64,000 nucleotides of DNA from Motiliproteus sp. (GCA_036964625.1 JBALTG010000001.1:25379-89378); one strand, 5' to 3'; numbered from the stretch's first letter, positions 13,549 through 26,455 are shown. The notes: generated from the letters alone by a model not told the origin. Made by a program: numbers and translations.

Positions 13549-14697
13549 ATGAACACAGTAGATACAGACCAGTTTGACGAAATTCGCCCCTACAACGACA
13601 GTGAGGTGGCCGCTGTGATTGGTCGTTTGCTGACCACTCCGGAGCTCATTACGGCGTTGATGAAATATCGCTTTCCGCGACTCAGCCGTTGGCTGCCTTT
13701 TCTGCTTCGGCCGCTGGTTATACGCGTGCTCTCCAAGCAGTTGGCCGGTATCGATACCGTGGCGAAGATCCAGGATGTGATCGCCTCCTACATCCAAAGC
13801 ATGGTTGACCGCACGACCGGCCAGTTGAGCTTCTCTGGGATCGAGCGGCTCAATCCAGGGGTTGCTTACCTGTTTATCTCCAATCATCGCGATATTGCCA
13901 TGGACCCAGCGTTTGTTAATTGGGGGCTGTATCACAACGGCATGGACACCGCGCGCATCGCCATTGGCGATAATCTGCTTAAGAAGCCCTATGTCTCGGA
14001 TCTGATGCGCCTCAACAAGAGTTTTATTGTTAACCGCTCTGCGACAGGTGTGCGTGGCAAGATGAAGGCGTTATCCCAATTGTCAGCGTATATCGACCAC
14101 TCGATTGCTGGTGGTAACTCCGTTTGGCTGGCGCAGCGTGAAGGGCGCGCCAAAGATGGCAATGACCGCACCGAGCCTGCGATTTTGAAGATGCTCTTTA
14201 TGAGTTTGAAAAAACGCGGGCTGAGTTTTCCTGAGGCGGTCAAGGCGTTGCATATCGTCCCGGTTTCTATCTCTTACGAATACGATCCCTGCGATGCCCT
14301 CAAGGCGTCGGAGTTGCACGCGTTGGCATCTCAGGGGGGCTATGAGAAGTCTCAGTTTGAGGATATCGAGAGTATCGTTCAGGGTATTGTCGGTTACAAA
14401 GGTGATATTCATGTGGCCTTTGGTAAGCCGATGGCTGGTGAGTTTGAAACCGCCGATGATCTGGCTCGCGCAATAGATGAGATGGTTATCAGTAACTACC
14501 ACCTGCATAGCTCAAACTTGCTGGCAGCCGAGGGGGAGGGGGCTCAGGTATCGGCCGCTCAGCGCGACCGTTATCAGCGCCGGGTTGCCGGGATCGATAC
14601 TGAATCCCTGCCTTGGTTTGAGGCGCAGTATGCCAATCCGGTCCTGAACAAGCAGAGGCTGGCGTCACTATCGAAAGTTAAGGGGGCTCATGACTGA
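13549..14697 (+). CDS. PlsC-family glycerolipid acyltransferase (about 380 aa form)
   Basis: HxxxxD acyltransferase motif (SNHRDIAMD). The stop overlaps the moaC start (ATGACTGA). Confidence 0.75.
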   Translation: MNTVDTDQFDEIRPYNDSEVAAVIGRLLTTPELITALMKYRFPRLSRWLPFLLRPLVIRVLSKQLAGIDTVAKIQDVIASYIQSMVDRTTGQLSFSGIERLNPGVAYLFISNHRDIAMDPAFVNWGLYHNGMDTARIAIGDNLLKKPYVSDLMRLNKSFIVNRSATGVRGKMKALSQLSAYIDHSIAGGNSVWLAQREGRAKDGNDRTEPAILKMLFMSLKKRGLSFPEAVKALHIVPVSISYEYDPCDALKASELHALASQGGYEKSQFEDIESIVQGIVGYKGDIHVAFGKPMAGEFETADDLARAIDEMVISNYHLHSSNLLAAEGEGAQVSAAQRDRYQRRVAGIDTESLPWFEAQYANPVLNKQRLASLSKVKGAHD

Positions 14698-15184
14698 CAA
14701 GAATCTTACCCATCTGGATGCCCAGGGGCATGCGCATATGGTGGATGTATCCGGCAAGGATGTGACGACGCGTGAAGCGCGTGCCGAGGCCTACATTCAT
14801 ATGTTGCCAGAGACGTTGGCGATGATCAGCGAGGGGCGTCACCATAAGGGTGACGTGCTCGCCGTGGCGCGTATTGCGGGTATTCAGGCGGCCAAGCGTT
14901 GTTCCGACATCATCCCGCTCTGTCATCCGCTGATGCTCAGTAAGGTCACTGTTGATCTGTACCCGGAGCCTGAGCAGCAGCGGTTGCGGATCGAAACTCT
15001 GTGCAAACTTAATGGCCGCACCGGCGTTGAGATGGAGGCGTTGACAGCGGCATCGGCTGCTGCGTTGACGCTGTACGATATGTGTAAGGCGGTTGATCGC
15101 GGCATGAGTATCGAGGGTGTTCGGTTGTTGGAAAAGATCGGCGGACGGAGTGGTCATTGGCGGGCGGAGGATAGGCAAGCATGA
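14690..15184 (+). CDS. moaC: cyclic pyranopterin monophosphate synthase
   Basis: 164 aa. LTHLD..G.A.MVDVS.K..T.R.A is MoaC-like. Confidence 0.93.
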   Translation: MTDKNLTHLDAQGHAHMVDVSGKDVTTREARAEAYIHMLPETLAMISEGRHHKGDVLAVARIAGIQAAKRCSDIIPLCHPLMLSKVTVDLYPEPEQQRLRIETLCKLNGRTGVEMEALTAASAAALTLYDMCKAVDRGMSIEGVRLLEKIGGRSGHWRAEDRQA

Positions 15185-15432
15185 TCAGTGTGGTTTTTTT
15201 AGCCAGCATTCGTGAGCGTTTGGCGTGCCAGCAGATGCCGTTCGAGATGAGTGCGGCCCAGTTCAGTGTGGCGGAGCTAACAGAGTGTCTGGCCCAGCGC
15301 GGTGATCTGTGGCGCCAGGTGCTGATGGATGGCCGGGTGTTGGTGGCGGTTAATCAGCAGATGAGTCGCGCAGATAGCATCATCCATGACGGTGACGAAG
15401 TAGCGTTTTTTCCTCCCGTTACCGGCGGTTGA
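15181..15432 (+). CDS. moaD: molybdopterin synthase sulfur carrier subunit
   Basis: 83 aa ending in FFPPVTGG (ubiquitin-like GG terminus). 4-nt overlap with moaC. Confidence 0.9.
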   Translation: MISVVFLASIRERLACQQMPFEMSAAQFSVAELTECLAQRGDLWRQVLMDGRVLVAVNQQMSRADSIIHDGDEVAFFPPVTGG

Positions 15433-15453
15433 GTCGATAGGTTTTCAGAGTCT

Positions 15454-16182
15454 ATGTCCTACGTTCGCGCGTTTTTGTTCTATCTGGTTATGATTTTAGC
15501 TACCGTTGTGCACTCGACCTTGTGTCTGGTTTTTGCCAGTTGGTTGCCGTTTCGGCTTCGCTTTAAAATTGTCAGCTCGGTCAACCATCTCTTTATTGGC
15601 TGGTTGCGGCTGGTCTGTGGGGTTCGCTACCAACTGGTTGGACAAGAAAATCTGCCTCAGGGGCGCCCGTATGTGCTTCTGGTTAATCACCAGAGCGAAT
15701 GGGAAACTATCTACTTGCAGCTGTTGGTCCAGCCGATTAGTACCGTGTTAAAGAAAGAGTTGTTGCGTATCCCCTTCTTTGGCTGGGCGCTGGCACTGTT
15801 GCGACCGATCGCGATTGACCGGTCGCAGCGAACGGGCGCAATAAAGCAGTTACTAAAGCAGGGTAAGCAGCGTCTTGAAGAGGGGGTTCCGGTGGTAATT
15901 TTTCCACAGGGAACCCGGGTTGCCGCGGGTCAGCTGGGTAAGTTTAACAAGGGCGGTGCGATGCTGGCGTGCAGCGCCAAGGTGCCGGTCGTGCCGATGG
16001 TTCATAATGCCGGAGAGCACTGGCCATCGGGGCGCTTTGCTAAGATTCCCGGGCTGATTCGAATTGAAATTGGTGAGCCCATCGCAACCGAGGGGCGCAG
16101 TGTCGATGAGGTGTTTCAGCAGTCAACGGGTTGGATTCTGAGCCGTTTAGAGGGCGCTGCAGATGTCGCGGTTGCGGATTAA
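15454..16182 (+). CDS. plsC: 1-acyl-sn-glycerol-3-phosphate acyltransferase-like protein
   Basis: 242 aa. N-terminal TM segment, NHQSEWE (H-x4-[DE]) and FPQGTR motifs. Size and architecture match E. coli PlsC. The symbol is tentative. Confidence 0.75.
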   Translation: MSYVRAFLFYLVMILATVVHSTLCLVFASWLPFRLRFKIVSSVNHLFIGWLRLVCGVRYQLVGQENLPQGRPYVLLVNHQSEWETIYLQLLVQPISTVLKKELLRIPFFGWALALLRPIAIDRSQRTGAIKQLLKQGKQRLEEGVPVVIFPQGTRVAAGQLGKFNKGGAMLACSAKVPVVPMVHNAGEHWPSGRFAKIPGLIRIEIGEPIATEGRSVDEVFQQSTGWILSRLEGAADVAVAD

Positions 16183-16200
16183 GTGTTGATTGGAAGGCAT

Positions 16201-16232
16201 AAAAAAGCCGCTCTGTGAGCGGCTTTTTTTTT
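16201..16232. terminator. bidirectional rho-independent terminator between convergent plsC-like and fabB
   Basis: A6-AGCCGCTC-TGT-GAGCGGCT-T9. A-run and T-run flank a perfect 8 bp stem. Confidence 0.85.
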
Positions 16233-16247
16233 ACCGGTACGTGTCGC

Positions 16248-17465
16248 TTAGTCGCGGTAGCGCTGGAACACCAAGGAAGCGTTGGTGCCGCCGAAGCCGA
16301 AGCTGTTAGACATGACCCGTTCCAGACCGGCGTTATCCTTGCGTTCGGTAATAATCGGCATGCCCGCCGCTTCTTCGTCCAGAGTCTCGATGTTGGCCGA
16401 AGCCGCAATAAAGTCGTTCTCCATCATCAATAGGCAGTAGATCGCCTCTTGAACCCCTGCAGCACCCAGGGAGTGACCCGACAGGGATTTGGTGGAACCC
16501 ACAACAGGGATCTCGTCGCCGAAAGCGAGCTTGACCGCTTTGAGCTCCTGCATATCGCCGACCGGGGTGCTGGTGCCGTGTGCATTGATGTAGTCGATAT
16601 CGCCGTCGACAGTGCTCATGGCCTGCTGCATGCAGCGCATAGCGCCTTCACCGGAAGGTGCGACCATGTCATAGCCATCGGAAGTGGCGCCGTAGCCAAC
16701 CAGTTCGGCGTAGATCTTGGCACCGCGCGCCTTGGCGTGCTCCAGCTCTTCGATCACCAGCATGCCGCCACCACCGGAGATGACAAAACCATCACGGTTA
16801 GCATCGTAAGCGCGGCTGGCCTTGCCAGGCGTGTCGTTGTATTTGGATGACAGTGCGCCCATGGCATCAAACAGGCAGCTCATGGACCAGTGTAGCTCTT
16901 CGCCACCGCCGGCAAAGATAACATCTTGCTTGCCCAGCTGGATCAGCTCCATGGCGTTGCCGATGCAGTGTGCGCTGGTGGAGCATGCGGAGGTGATGGA
17001 GTAATTCACGCCCTTGATCTTAAACGGCGTTGCCAGGCAGGCGGAGACCGTGCTACCCATGGTGCGGGTAACTCGGTACGGGCCTACACGCTTCAGGCCG
17101 CGGTCGCGAAGGATGTCGGCGGCCTCTACGATGTTGGCAGAGGAGGCGCCGCCGGAGCCGGCGATCAGGCCGGTACGGACGTTGGAGACCTGATCTTCGG
17201 TAAGCCCGGAGTCCGTCACTGCGTTTTTCATTGCCAGGTAGGTATAGGCGGCAGAATCACCCATGAAACGCATTAGTTTGCGGTCGATGAGCGGGGACAT
17301 GTCGAGGTCGATGCTGCCTGCAACGTGGCTGCGAAACCCCAGCTCTTTGTACTCCTTCTGAAAGGATATGCCGGAGCGTCCTGTTTTCAGAGACTCGGTA
17401 ACGGTCTCCTTATCGCAGCCGATGCATGATGTGATACCGATTCCGGTGACAACGACACGTCGCAT
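16248..17465 (-). CDS. fabB: 3-oxoacyl-ACP synthase I
   Basis: 405 aa KAS I/II fold ([13 protein letters not shown]). Assigned as FabB because it lies directly downstream of fabA. Confidence 0.92.
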   Translation of the reverse strand: MRRVVVTGIGITSCIGCDKETVTESLKTGRSGISFQKEYKELGFRSHVAGSIDLDMSPLIDRKLMRFMGDSAAYTYLAMKNAVTDSGLTEDQVSNVRTGLIAGSGGASSANIVEAADILRDRGLKRVGPYRVTRTMGSTVSACLATPFKIKGVNYSITSACSTSAHCIGNAMELIQLGKQDVIFAGGGEELHWSMSCLFDAMGALSSKYNDTPGKASRAYDANRDGFVISGGGGMLVIEELEHAKARGAKIYAELVGYGATSDGYDMVAPSGEGAMRCMQQAMSTVDGDIDYINAHGTSTPVGDMQELKAVKLAFGDEIPVVGSTKSLSGHSLGAAGVQEAIYCLLMMENDFIAASANIETLDEEAAGMPIITERKDNAGLERVMSNSFGFGGTNASLVFQRYRD

Positions 17466-17499
17466 AGGTCGAACCTCTTTCGTATTGAAAAAATGGAGC

Positions 17500-17545
17500 T
17501 AAAAAAAGCCAAGCCCCATTTTCTGATATTGAAGCCAGCTTGGCT
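17500..17545 (-). terminator. intercistronic hairpin plus U-run between fabA and fabB (attenuator or partial terminator candidate)
   Basis: Minus strand reads AGCCAAGC...(23 nt)...GCUUGGCU followed by U6. Confidence 0.4.
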
Positions 17546-17592
17546 AGTCTTTACTGAGACTGCAGCACTGCCGTTTGTTGTTTAGTATAAGA

Positions 17593-18108
17593 TCAAAAGT
17601 CGGATGTTGAGGTGAACAGTCCGACCTTGAGGTCTTTGGCGCTGTAGATTTCTCGGCCATCGACCGACATGGTGCCGTCGGCAATGCCCATGACCAGTTT
17701 GCGTTCAATCAGGCGCGAAAGCTCCAGGTGGTAGGTGACCTTTTTGGCGCTAGGGAGGACTTGGCCAAAGAACTTGATTTCGCCTGCGCCGAGTGCACGG
17801 CCGCGCCCCTTGTTGCCTTTCCATGCCAGAAAAAAGCCAACCATCTGCCACATGGCGTCCAGGCCCAGGCAGCCGGGCATCACCGGATCACCGGGGAAGT
17901 GGCAGTCGAAAAACCACAGGTCAGGGTTGATATCCAGCTCAGCAATGATCTCTCCTTTGCCGTACTTGCCACCATCGGCATTGATGGTGACGATGCGGTC
18001 GGCCATCAGCATATTGCCGACAGGAAGCTGTGCATTACCGGGGCCGTTCATCTCGCCATAGCCACATTGCAGCAGTTCGTCGCGAGTAAAGGAAGATGGC
18101 TTTGTCAT
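17593..18108 (-). CDS. fabA: 3-hydroxydecanoyl-ACP dehydratase/isomerase
   Basis: 171 aa. FabA-type N-terminus and the [17 protein letters not shown] active-site block. Confidence 0.95.
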   Translation of the reverse strand: MTKPSSFTRDELLQCGYGEMNGPGNAQLPVGNMLMADRIVTINADGGKYGKGEIIAELDINPDLWFFDCHFPGDPVMPGCLGLDAMWQMVGFFLAWKGNKGRGRALGAGEIKFFGQVLPSAKKVTYHLELSRLIERKLVMGIADGTMSVDGREIYSAKDLKVGLFTSTSDF

Positions 18109-18206
18109 TGGCGCAAAGATCCGTTAAGTATGAATTAAAAGCCAAACTATACCGGTTTTAGGCGGGTTTCGCCTAGATAAATACGGCTCATCTGGAATCT
18201 GGGCGG

Positions 18207-19175
18207 TTAGGTTCGGCGGTTAACGGCAAGCTCTGCCAGGTGTTGCAGGATGTCACGAAAAGGTGTTGCTGGAATTAGTTCGAGTTGCTCCAGGGCGAGG
18301 TCTGCCTGACGCTGGGCTTGGTTGAACGTATAGTCTATGGCGCCACTATCGACCACCGCCTGGCGAATGGGCTCCAGGTCATCCAGGCCGCCTTTACGGA
18401 TCGCTTGGCGGATGAGTTGGCGCTGCGCTTCCGTGCCATGTTTCATGGTATAGATCAGCGGCAGTGTCGGTTTGCCTTCGGCCAGGTCATCGCCCACATT
18501 TTTACCCATCTCCTCGGCGGAGCTCTGGTAGTCAAGGACGTCATCTACCAGCTGAAACGCGATCCCCAGGTGGCGACCGTAGAGCTGCAGTGCTTGGGCT
18601 TGGGGCGGGTTTGCACCGGCGATAATGGCTCCCGTCTGGCTGGCTGCTTCGAACAGCATCGCGGTCTTGCCCAGGATGACCTTCATGTAGCTGGCCTCGT
18701 CGACATCGGGGTTCTTGCAGTTAAGCAGTTGCAGGACTTCGCCTTCGGCGATGACATTGGTGGCGCTTGAAACAACCGACATGATCGGCATCGAGTTCAG
18801 CTCAACCAGCATCTGGAACGCACGCGAGTAGAGAAAATCGCCTACCAGTACGCTAGGTGCGTTGCCCCATCGGGCGTTGGCAGTCGCTTTGCCGCGACGC
18901 AGGTCTGATGTGTCAACGACGTCGTCATGAAGGAGTGTGGCGGTATGGATGAATTCAATAACAGCCGCTAGGTTGATGTGTCCGGTTCCCTGGTAGCCGC
19001 ATCCGCGAGCGGCGAGCAGTACCAGTAGCGGGCGAATGCGCTTGCCGCCACTTTCGACGATATAGCTGCCAATTTTCTCCACCAGCGGTACGCCGGAGTG
19101 AAGATTGCCGAGGATGAATTGGTTTACCGCTTCGAAATCGGCGCCGATTTGAGGATGAAGTTGATGTGGCTGCAT
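18207..19175 (-). CDS. ispB: octaprenyl diphosphate synthase
   Basis: DDVVD and DDVLD polyprenyl synthase motifs. The ATG at 19175 (MQPHQL...) is preferred over the track start at 19232. Divergent from rplU as in E. coli. Confidence 0.9.
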   Translation of the reverse strand: MQPHQLHPQIGADFEAVNQFILGNLHSGVPLVEKIGSYIVESGGKRIRPLLVLLAARGCGYQGTGHINLAAVIEFIHTATLLHDDVVDTSDLRRGKATANARWGNAPSVLVGDFLYSRAFQMLVELNSMPIMSVVSSATNVIAEGEVLQLLNCKNPDVDEASYMKVILGKTAMLFEAASQTGAIIAGANPPQAQALQLYGRHLGIAFQLVDDVLDYQSSAEEMGKNVGDDLAEGKPTLPLIYTMKHGTEAQRQLIRQAIRKGGLDDLEPIRQAVVDSGAIDYTFNQAQRQADLALEQLELIPATPFRDILQHLAELAVNRRT

Positions 19176-19260
19176 GGGTAGGCTGGCGTTATGATTTGAG
19201 GGAATGCTAAGGGGGTGCAATAACAGAGTCAAGAACTTCGCAGGCGCTTCTTCATCTGGG

Positions 19261-19289
19261 TTGTTTTTTGTGCACCCTTGGCGTAGTAT
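19261..19289 (+). promoter_or_regulatory. candidate sigma70 promoter of rplU-rpmA
   Basis: TTGTTT, 17 nt spacer, TAGTAT, about 150 nt upstream of the rplU ATG. Pattern match only. Confidence 0.35.
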
Positions 19290-19441
19290 TCGCTCCCCTG
19301 TGGTTCGTTCAATTTTCAGACGGTCGTTTCTTAATCGTTTGAGCTCCCTATCATATGGTCAGGCGCATGCAGTCGGTGCTCTGCTCCATTAGAAGTAGGC
19401 GTTAAATAGTAGCCGGACGAAGCCCGTAACTGGAGAAAAAT

Positions 19442-19753
19442 ATGTACGCAGTGATTGTAAGCGGTGGTAAGCAGTACCGTGTAAGCGAAGGCCACACTTT
19501 GAAAGTTGAAAAGTTGGTTGGTGAAGAGGGCTCATCGCTGGATCTGGACCAGGTTCTGCTGGTTGCCAATGGCGAAGATGTTAAGATCGGCGCGCCGCTT
19601 GTTGCCGGTGCCAAGGTCAGTGTTGAAATCTTGGCTCATGGTCGTGGCAAGAAAGTTCGCATCATCAAATTCAAGCGTCGTAAGCACCACATGAAGCAGA
19701 TGGGTCACCGTCAGTGGTTTACCGAAATTAAGATTACCGGAATTAGCGCGTAA
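19442..19753 (+). CDS. rplU: 50S ribosomal protein L21
   Basis: 103 aa, [14 protein letters not shown] is the L21 N-terminus. Confidence 0.97.
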   Translation: MYAVIVSGGKQYRVSEGHTLKVEKLVGEEGSSLDLDQVLLVANGEDVKIGAPLVAGAKVSVEILAHGRGKKVRIIKFKRRKHHMKQMGHRQWFTEIKITGISA

Positions 19754-19783
19754 GCGGATACCGGTTGTTGAAGGAGAGTAGTA

Positions 19784-20041
19784 ATGGCTCATAAAAAAGC
19801 TGGCGGTAGTACTAATAACGGTCGCGACTCAGAGTCGAAACGCCTAGGTGTTAAGCGTTTCGGTGGTCAGAAAGTTTTAGCCGGTAACATCCTGATTCGT
19901 CAGCGTGGAACACGTTTCCATCCGGGCAATAATGTGGGTATTGGCAAGGATCATACCTTGTTTGCCACGTCGGAAGGTGTTGTTAAGTTCGAAGTTAAAG
20001 GCCCTAAGAACCGTAAGTTTATCAGTGTGGTTAGTGCCTGA
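19784..20041 (+). CDS. rpmA: 50S ribosomal protein L27
   Basis: 85 aa, [16 protein letters not shown] is the L27 N-terminus. Confidence 0.97.
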   Translation: MAHKKAGGSTNNGRDSESKRLGVKRFGGQKVLAGNILIRQRGTRFHPGNNVGIGKDHTLFATSEGVVKFEVKGPKNRKFISVVSA

Positions 20042-20089
20042 TAACAGTTTAGCGGGTGTAAAACAGTCGTTGACTGTTTGTTGAAAGAG

Positions 20090-20113
20090 CTCCGCAAATG
20101 CGGGGCTTTTTTT
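20090..20113 (+). terminator. rho-independent terminator after rpmA
   Basis: CTCCGC-AAAT-GCGGGG stem, then C and a T7 run. Confidence 0.75.
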
Positions 20114-20148
20114 GTTTTTGGCAGGCTATGATTATGTAAGGCCTTTAA

Positions 20149-21399
<1,251 letters not shown>

Positions 21400-21427
21400 C
21401 TCTTTTTTGTAGCAAGGATTAACACAG

Positions 21428-22552
21428 ATGAGTGCCAGGCAGGCGGTCACGCAGGGTAAGCGCTGGGTCGTTAAGATCGGGAGTGCGCTTCTGACTAATG
21501 ATGGTCAGGGTTTGGATGAACCGGCGATTGCGGGCTGGGTTAACCAGATGGCCGCGTTGCGCAAGCAGGGTATCGAGCTGGTGCTGGTTTCGTCCGGCGC
21601 GGTCGCAGCCGGGATGCGGTGCTTGGGTATGACTGAGCGCCCGCATGAGCTGCATAAACTGCAGGCCGCAGCGGCGGTCGGGCAGATGGGTTTGGCACAG
21701 ACCTATGAAGCGAGTTTTAAGCGCCACAATCTGCATACCGCGCAGATCCTGCTGACCCATGATGACCTCTCTAACCGCAAGCGCTACCTGAATGCCCGGG
21801 GTACGCTGGAGGCTTTGGTTGACTGGAGTGTCGTGCCTGTCGTCAACGAAAACGATACCGTGGTTACCGATGAGATCCGCTTTGGTGATAACGACACCCT
21901 GGGTGCGTTAGTGGCCAATTTGATGGTGGCAGACGTGCTGATTCTGCTGACCGATCAGCGCGGCTTGTTTGATGCCGACCCACGCAAAAACCCACAGGCA
22001 AAAATGATCGAGCAGGCGCGCGCGGATGATAAATATCTGGATGCGGTAGCAGGCGGCGGCGCTGGCGCGTTAGGGCGCGGCGGGATGCAGACCAAGCTTC
22101 GGGCAGCGCGCTTGGCGGCCCGCTCGGGTGCGGCGACAGTCATTGTCGGCGGGCGTGAAGCCGACGTGCTGTTGCGGCTGCGCGCGGGTGAATCCTTGGG
22201 AACGTTGTTGACTCCTGACTGTGAACCGCAGGCGGCGCGCAAGCAGTGGTTGGCAGGGCATCTGCAGGCGCGGGGCACCCTGGTACTGGATGCCGGGGCG
22301 GTTAAGGTGCTGGCGGAATTCGGGCGCAGTCTGTTGCCGGTGGGTGTTAAAGCGGTCGAGGGCGTATTTTCGCGGGGTGAGATGGTGCTCTGTGTTGATG
22401 AGCAGGGAACGGTTGTTGCGCGCGGCCTGGTCAATTACAGCGCCGATGAGGCGCGGCGTATCATCGGCCGGTCCAGCACTCTGATTGAGCAGATTCTGGG
22501 TTACGTTGGCGAAGAGGAGCTGGTGCATCGGGATAACCTGGTGCTGGCGTAG
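21428..22552 (+). CDS. proB: glutamate 5-kinase
   Basis: 374 aa. An amino-acid kinase domain ([10 protein letters not shown]) plus a C-terminal PUA domain. obg-proB synteny. Confidence 0.95.
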   Translation: MSARQAVTQGKRWVVKIGSALLTNDGQGLDEPAIAGWVNQMAALRKQGIELVLVSSGAVAAGMRCLGMTERPHELHKLQAAAAVGQMGLAQTYEASFKRHNLHTAQILLTHDDLSNRKRYLNARGTLEALVDWSVVPVVNENDTVVTDEIRFGDNDTLGALVANLMVADVLILLTDQRGLFDADPRKNPQAKMIEQARADDKYLDAVAGGGAGALGRGGMQTKLRAARLAARSGAATVIVGGREADVLLRLRAGESLGTLLTPDCEPQAARKQWLAGHLQARGTLVLDAGAVKVLAEFGRSLLPVGVKAVEGVFSRGEMVLCVDEQGTVVARGLVNYSADEARRIIGRSSTLIEQILGYVGEEELVHRDNLVLA

Positions 22553-22654
22553 TGGTTGCTGCTTAGGTTGCCACTGTCTGTTGCTACGTTCTACTGTTCC
22601 TGCGTGTTACCGTTTCTGCGTACTAGCTAGCCCCACTGGGCTTCAGGAGTCGTT

Positions 22655-23311
22655 ATGAGTCCCGTCAGCGATCAAGCTCATCCCCTGGCCCGCCTTTATT
22701 ATGCCCATGATCCGATGTGCAGCTGGTGTTGGGCGTTTAACCCCTGCTGGCAGCAGATTCAGCAGCGACTGCCGCGAACGGTTGAGGTTGTGCGGTTAGT
22801 GGGCGGCTTGGCGGCAGATAGCAGCGAGCCGATGCCCCTTGAGATGCAGACTTATCTGCAGCAGACCTGGCGCCAGATTCAGGCCCAGGTGCCGGGAAGC
22901 GAATTCAATTATGATTTCTGGCGCCGCTGCAGCCCGCGCCGGTCAACCTATCCTGGCTGTCGCGCGGTTATTGCGGCGCGGCACCAGCAGGCGGAGAGCG
23001 CGATGACGCTGGCGATCCAACAAGCCTATTATCTGCATGCGCGAAACCCTTCGGACGAGAGCACGCTGGTCGCGCTGGCGCAGGAGTTAGGCTTGGATGT
23101 GTCGCAATTTACGCGAGATCTCAATGCCGCTTTGACCCGGCAAACACTGCTCAGTGAGATCGAGCGGTGTCGCGAGATGGGCGCACAAGGCTTTCCCAGC
23201 CTGATCCTGGAAAAACAGCAGCAGCGCTGGCTGCTCGCGCTCGACTATAGCGACCCAGAGGCCGCTCTGAGCCAGATTGAACGGTGCATGGAGGCGCCTG
23301 GTTGCCCGTGA
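22655..23311 (+). CDS. DsbA-family thioredoxin-fold protein
   Basis: 218 aa. CSWC CxxC motif near the N-terminus (YAHDPMCSWCWAF), typical of the FrnE/DsbA-like family. Confidence 0.75.
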   Translation: MSPVSDQAHPLARLYYAHDPMCSWCWAFNPCWQQIQQRLPRTVEVVRLVGGLAADSSEPMPLEMQTYLQQTWRQIQAQVPGSEFNYDFWRRCSPRRSTYPGCRAVIAARHQQAESAMTLAIQQAYYLHARNPSDESTLVALAQELGLDVSQFTRDLNAALTRQTLLSEIERCREMGAQGFPSLILEKQQQRWLLALDYSDPEAALSQIERCMEAPGCP

Positions 23312-23408
23312 TCTCCAGCCATACTGCGACAAGCGAAGGGCATACACGCTCGCGAGAATAGATCGGCAGCATCAGGGCTGGGCGTTGTGGTTAATCCGGG
23401 TTATTAAC

Positions 23409-24086
23409 TCAGGACTGAAACTCCACTTGCGCCCGCAGTCCGTCGAGATCCTCGACCCGAATCGTGCCCCGCCCAAGCGTCACCAGCCCCTGGTGTTCGA
23501 AATGCTTAAGCTGACGACTGATCACCTCCCTGGCCGAACCCAGCTCGGTGGCCAGATCCTGATGGGTGATCTGCAGCTCGATCCGCTCACGCCCGCGCTG
23601 GATCAGATAACGTGCCAGGCGCAGGTCGATACGCTCAAACGCCAACTGCTGCACCAGCCCGATCAAGCCACTCAAGCGCGCACCGTAGGAGTGGAAGATA
23701 AATGACCGCAGCCCGTCAGAACGGCTCAGCGCTTCTGCAAACTGGGTTCTGGGAATGGCGAAGGCCTGCACGTCGGTCTCGGTAATCCCTTCGGCAGGGT
23801 AGGTATCCTGCCCCAGTAGGCAGGCCGTTGTCAGCACACAGGTGCCGCACTCTTCAATCCGGTACAGCACGATTTCACGCCCAGCTGGCGAACACCCCAC
23901 CACCTTGACGCAGCCCTTCACCACCAGCAGGTAGTTCTGACAGGGGTCTCCGACCCGAAACACCGACTGCCCGGCAGGGACGGTCAACAACCGCGCCTCG
24001 GCTAAAATCTTGGCCCCGGCCGGGTCATCGATCTGGCCGAGCGTCGGAAAGGCTTGCTGCAGCAAGGGGTGTAGGCTGTTCATCAC
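23409..24086 (-). CDS. Crp/Fnr family transcriptional regulator
   Basis: 225 aa. cNMP-binding beta-roll followed by a C-terminal HTH (THQDLATELGSAREVISRQLK). Confidence 0.85.
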   Translation of the reverse strand: MMNSLHPLLQQAFPTLGQIDDPAGAKILAEARLLTVPAGQSVFRVGDPCQNYLLVVKGCVKVVGCSPAGREIVLYRIEECGTCVLTTACLLGQDTYPAEGITETDVQAFAIPRTQFAEALSRSDGLRSFIFHSYGARLSGLIGLVQQLAFERIDLRLARYLIQRGRERIELQITHQDLATELGSAREVISRQLKHFEHQGLVTLGRGTIRVEDLDGLRAQVEFQS

Positions 24087-24394
24087 TTGTCCTGGGGGGG
24101 CTGGCGGCGCTGACGCACCAGCAACATCACATAGCGGATGTTGTAAGCAAAGCCGATCAGCAATGCCAGGGCTGCGGTAATAAAAAACAGCAGCCCGATC
24201 CCGGCAGAGCCCAGATAGTTACTGGCCCAGAGGCTGAGAACACTGATCAGCGCCAGCGGGATACCCGTACGCATCATCAGTTTAAGGATGCGGTCATCTC
24301 GAATCTCCGGTTTGTCGCTGGCATCAGTAACCGGCTCGATGTTGTTATTAGACAGAGGGTCGGCTTTGTTTTTATTACGGGACATGGAGAGCAC
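24083..24394 (-). CDS. small membrane protein (2 predicted TM segments), unknown function
   Basis: 103 aa with two hydrophobic segments. Its stop overlaps the start of the downstream Crp/Fnr gene (ATGA), which suggests translational coupling. Confidence 0.6.
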   Translation of the reverse strand: MLSMSRNKNKADPLSNNNIEPVTDASDKPEIRDDRILKLMMRTGIPLALISVLSLWASNYLGSAGIGLLFFITAALALLIGFAYNIRYVMLLVRQRRQPPQDK

Positions 24395-24607
24395 TCAGTA
24401 GCGGTAAGTTCTGATTCTTGACCGCCATCCTACGTTTCGCGCCGGGGTGCAGCAAGGCGGCTGCGACCATGGTAGCACTGAACAACGGATGATCCTGTCA
24501 CCACGACCGGCACAGGAGCAGAGGAATACTGCCGCTACGCCTTAACAGCTCTCACCCCCCTTGCTAGAATAGCACTCTTTACCTCAGCCGTTATCAAGGG
24601 AGCAGCC

Positions 24608-26455
24608 ATGCCTGTCTACCGTTCCAAGACATCTACCCACGGTCGTAACATGGCCGGCGCCCGCTCTCTCTGGCGCGCCACCGGGATGAAGGACGACGAT
24701 TTCAACAAGCCGATCATTGCCGTTGCCAACTCCTTTACCCAGTTTGTCCCCGGTCACGTGCACCTCAAGGATATGGGCCAGCTGGTGGCACGGGAGATCG
24801 AAAAAGCCGGAGGGGTGGCGAAAGAGTTCAACACCATCGCCATCGATGACGGCATCGCCATGGGCCACGACGGCATGCTCTACTCGCTGCCCTCGCGCGA
24901 TCTGATCGCCGATTCGGTCGAATACATGGTCAACGCTCACTGCGCCGACGCTCTGGTGTGTATCTCCAACTGCGACAAGATCACCCCCGGGATGCTGATG
25001 GCGGCGATGCGGCTGAACATCCCGGTGGTGTTCGTTTCCGGTGGGCCGATGGAAGCGGGCAAGACCAAGCTGGTCGACCACGGCCTGGATCTGGTCGATG
25101 CCATGGTACTGGCCGCCGACGACAGCGCCTCGGATGAGTTGGTCGACGCCGTCGAGCGCTCCGCCTGCCCCACCTGCGGCTCCTGCTCCGGCATGTTTAC
25201 CGCCAACTCGATGAACTGCCTGACCGAAGCGCTGGGTCTGTCACTGCCAGGTAACGGCACCGTCGTCGCAACCCACGCCGACCGTGAAGAGTTGTTCCTG
25301 GAGGCCGGGCGCATCATCGTCGATATCACCAAGCGGCATTACGAGCAGGATGATTTCAGCGTGCTGCCGCGCTCGATCGCCAGCAAAGCCGCGTTCGAAA
25401 ACGCCATGACCCTAGATATCGCCATGGGCGGTTCCACCAACACCATCCTCCACCTGCTGGCGCTGGCCCAGGAAGCCGAGGTTGATTTTGGCATGGCGGA
25501 TATGGACCGGCTTTCACGCAAGGTGCCCTACCTGTGCAAGGTGGCCCCCAACGATCAGAAATACCATGTCGAAGATGTACACCGTGCCGGTGGCATCATG
25601 GCGATTCTGGCCGAACTCGATCGTGGCGGACTGCTGGATACCAGCGTCTCCACCATTCACTCCGCAACAATGGCCGATGCGCTGGCGAAATGGGACATCA
25701 TCACCTGCGGCGATGACGCGGTTAAAAAATTCTTTAGAGCGGGACCCGGCGGTGTACCGACCCAGGTCGCCTTCTCCCAGGCGGCACGCTGGGGTTCGCT
25801 GGATGCCGACCGCAGCAACGGCTGCATCCGCTCGGTCGAGCACGCCTTCAGCAAAGAGGGCGGCCTCGCGGTGCTGACCGGCAACATCGCGCTGGACGGC
25901 TGCGTGGTCAAGACCTCCGGCGTCGATGAAAGCATCTGGGTCTTCGAGGGCAGTGCCTATATCTGCGAAAGCCAGGACCAGGCCGTCGCCGATATTCTGG
26001 CCGACAAGGTCAAGGCGGGCGACGTGGTGATTATTCGTTACGAAGGCCCGCGCGGTGGCCCCGGCATGCAAGAGATGCTTTACCCCACCAGCTACCTCAA
26101 ATCCAAAGGACTGGGCAAAGACTGTGCACTGCTGACCGACGGTCGGTTCTCCGGCGGCACCTCCGGCCTGTCGATCGGCCACGTCTCGCCCGAAGCCGCC
26201 TCCGGCGGCGCCATCGGCCTGGTTGAGCAGGGCGACCGGATCCGCATCGATATCCCTAACCGCCGCATCGACGTGCTGCTCAGCGATGACCAACTGGCCA
26301 GCCGCCGCGCACTCATGGATGGCAAAGGCAAAGAGGCCTGGAAGCCCGCCGCCGAGCGTCCCCGCAAGGTCTCTGCCGCACTCAGGGTCTACGCCAAGAT
26401 GGCCACCAGCGCCGACAAGGGCGCGGTCCGCGACCTGAGCCTGCTGGACGATTAA
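24608..26455 (+). CDS. ilvD: dihydroxy-acid dehydratase
   Basis: 615 aa, [26 protein letters not shown] is the IlvD N-terminus. Confidence 0.97.
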   Translation: MPVYRSKTSTHGRNMAGARSLWRATGMKDDDFNKPIIAVANSFTQFVPGHVHLKDMGQLVAREIEKAGGVAKEFNTIAIDDGIAMGHDGMLYSLPSRDLIADSVEYMVNAHCADALVCISNCDKITPGMLMAAMRLNIPVVFVSGGPMEAGKTKLVDHGLDLVDAMVLAADDSASDELVDAVERSACPTCGSCSGMFTANSMNCLTEALGLSLPGNGTVVATHADREELFLEAGRIIVDITKRHYEQDDFSVLPRSIASKAAFENAMTLDIAMGGSTNTILHLLALAQEAEVDFGMADMDRLSRKVPYLCKVAPNDQKYHVEDVHRAGGIMAILAELDRGGLLDTSVSTIHSATMADALAKWDIITCGDDAVKKFFRAGPGGVPTQVAFSQAARWGSLDADRSNGCIRSVEHAFSKEGGLAVLTGNIALDGCVVKTSGVDESIWVFEGSAYICESQDQAVADILADKVKAGDVVIIRYEGPRGGPGMQEMLYPTSYLKSKGLGKDCALLTDGRFSGGTSGLSIGHVSPEAASGGAIGLVEQGDRIRIDIPNRRIDVLLSDDQLASRRALMDGKGKEAWKPAAERPRKVSAALRVYAKMATSADKGAVRDLSLLDD

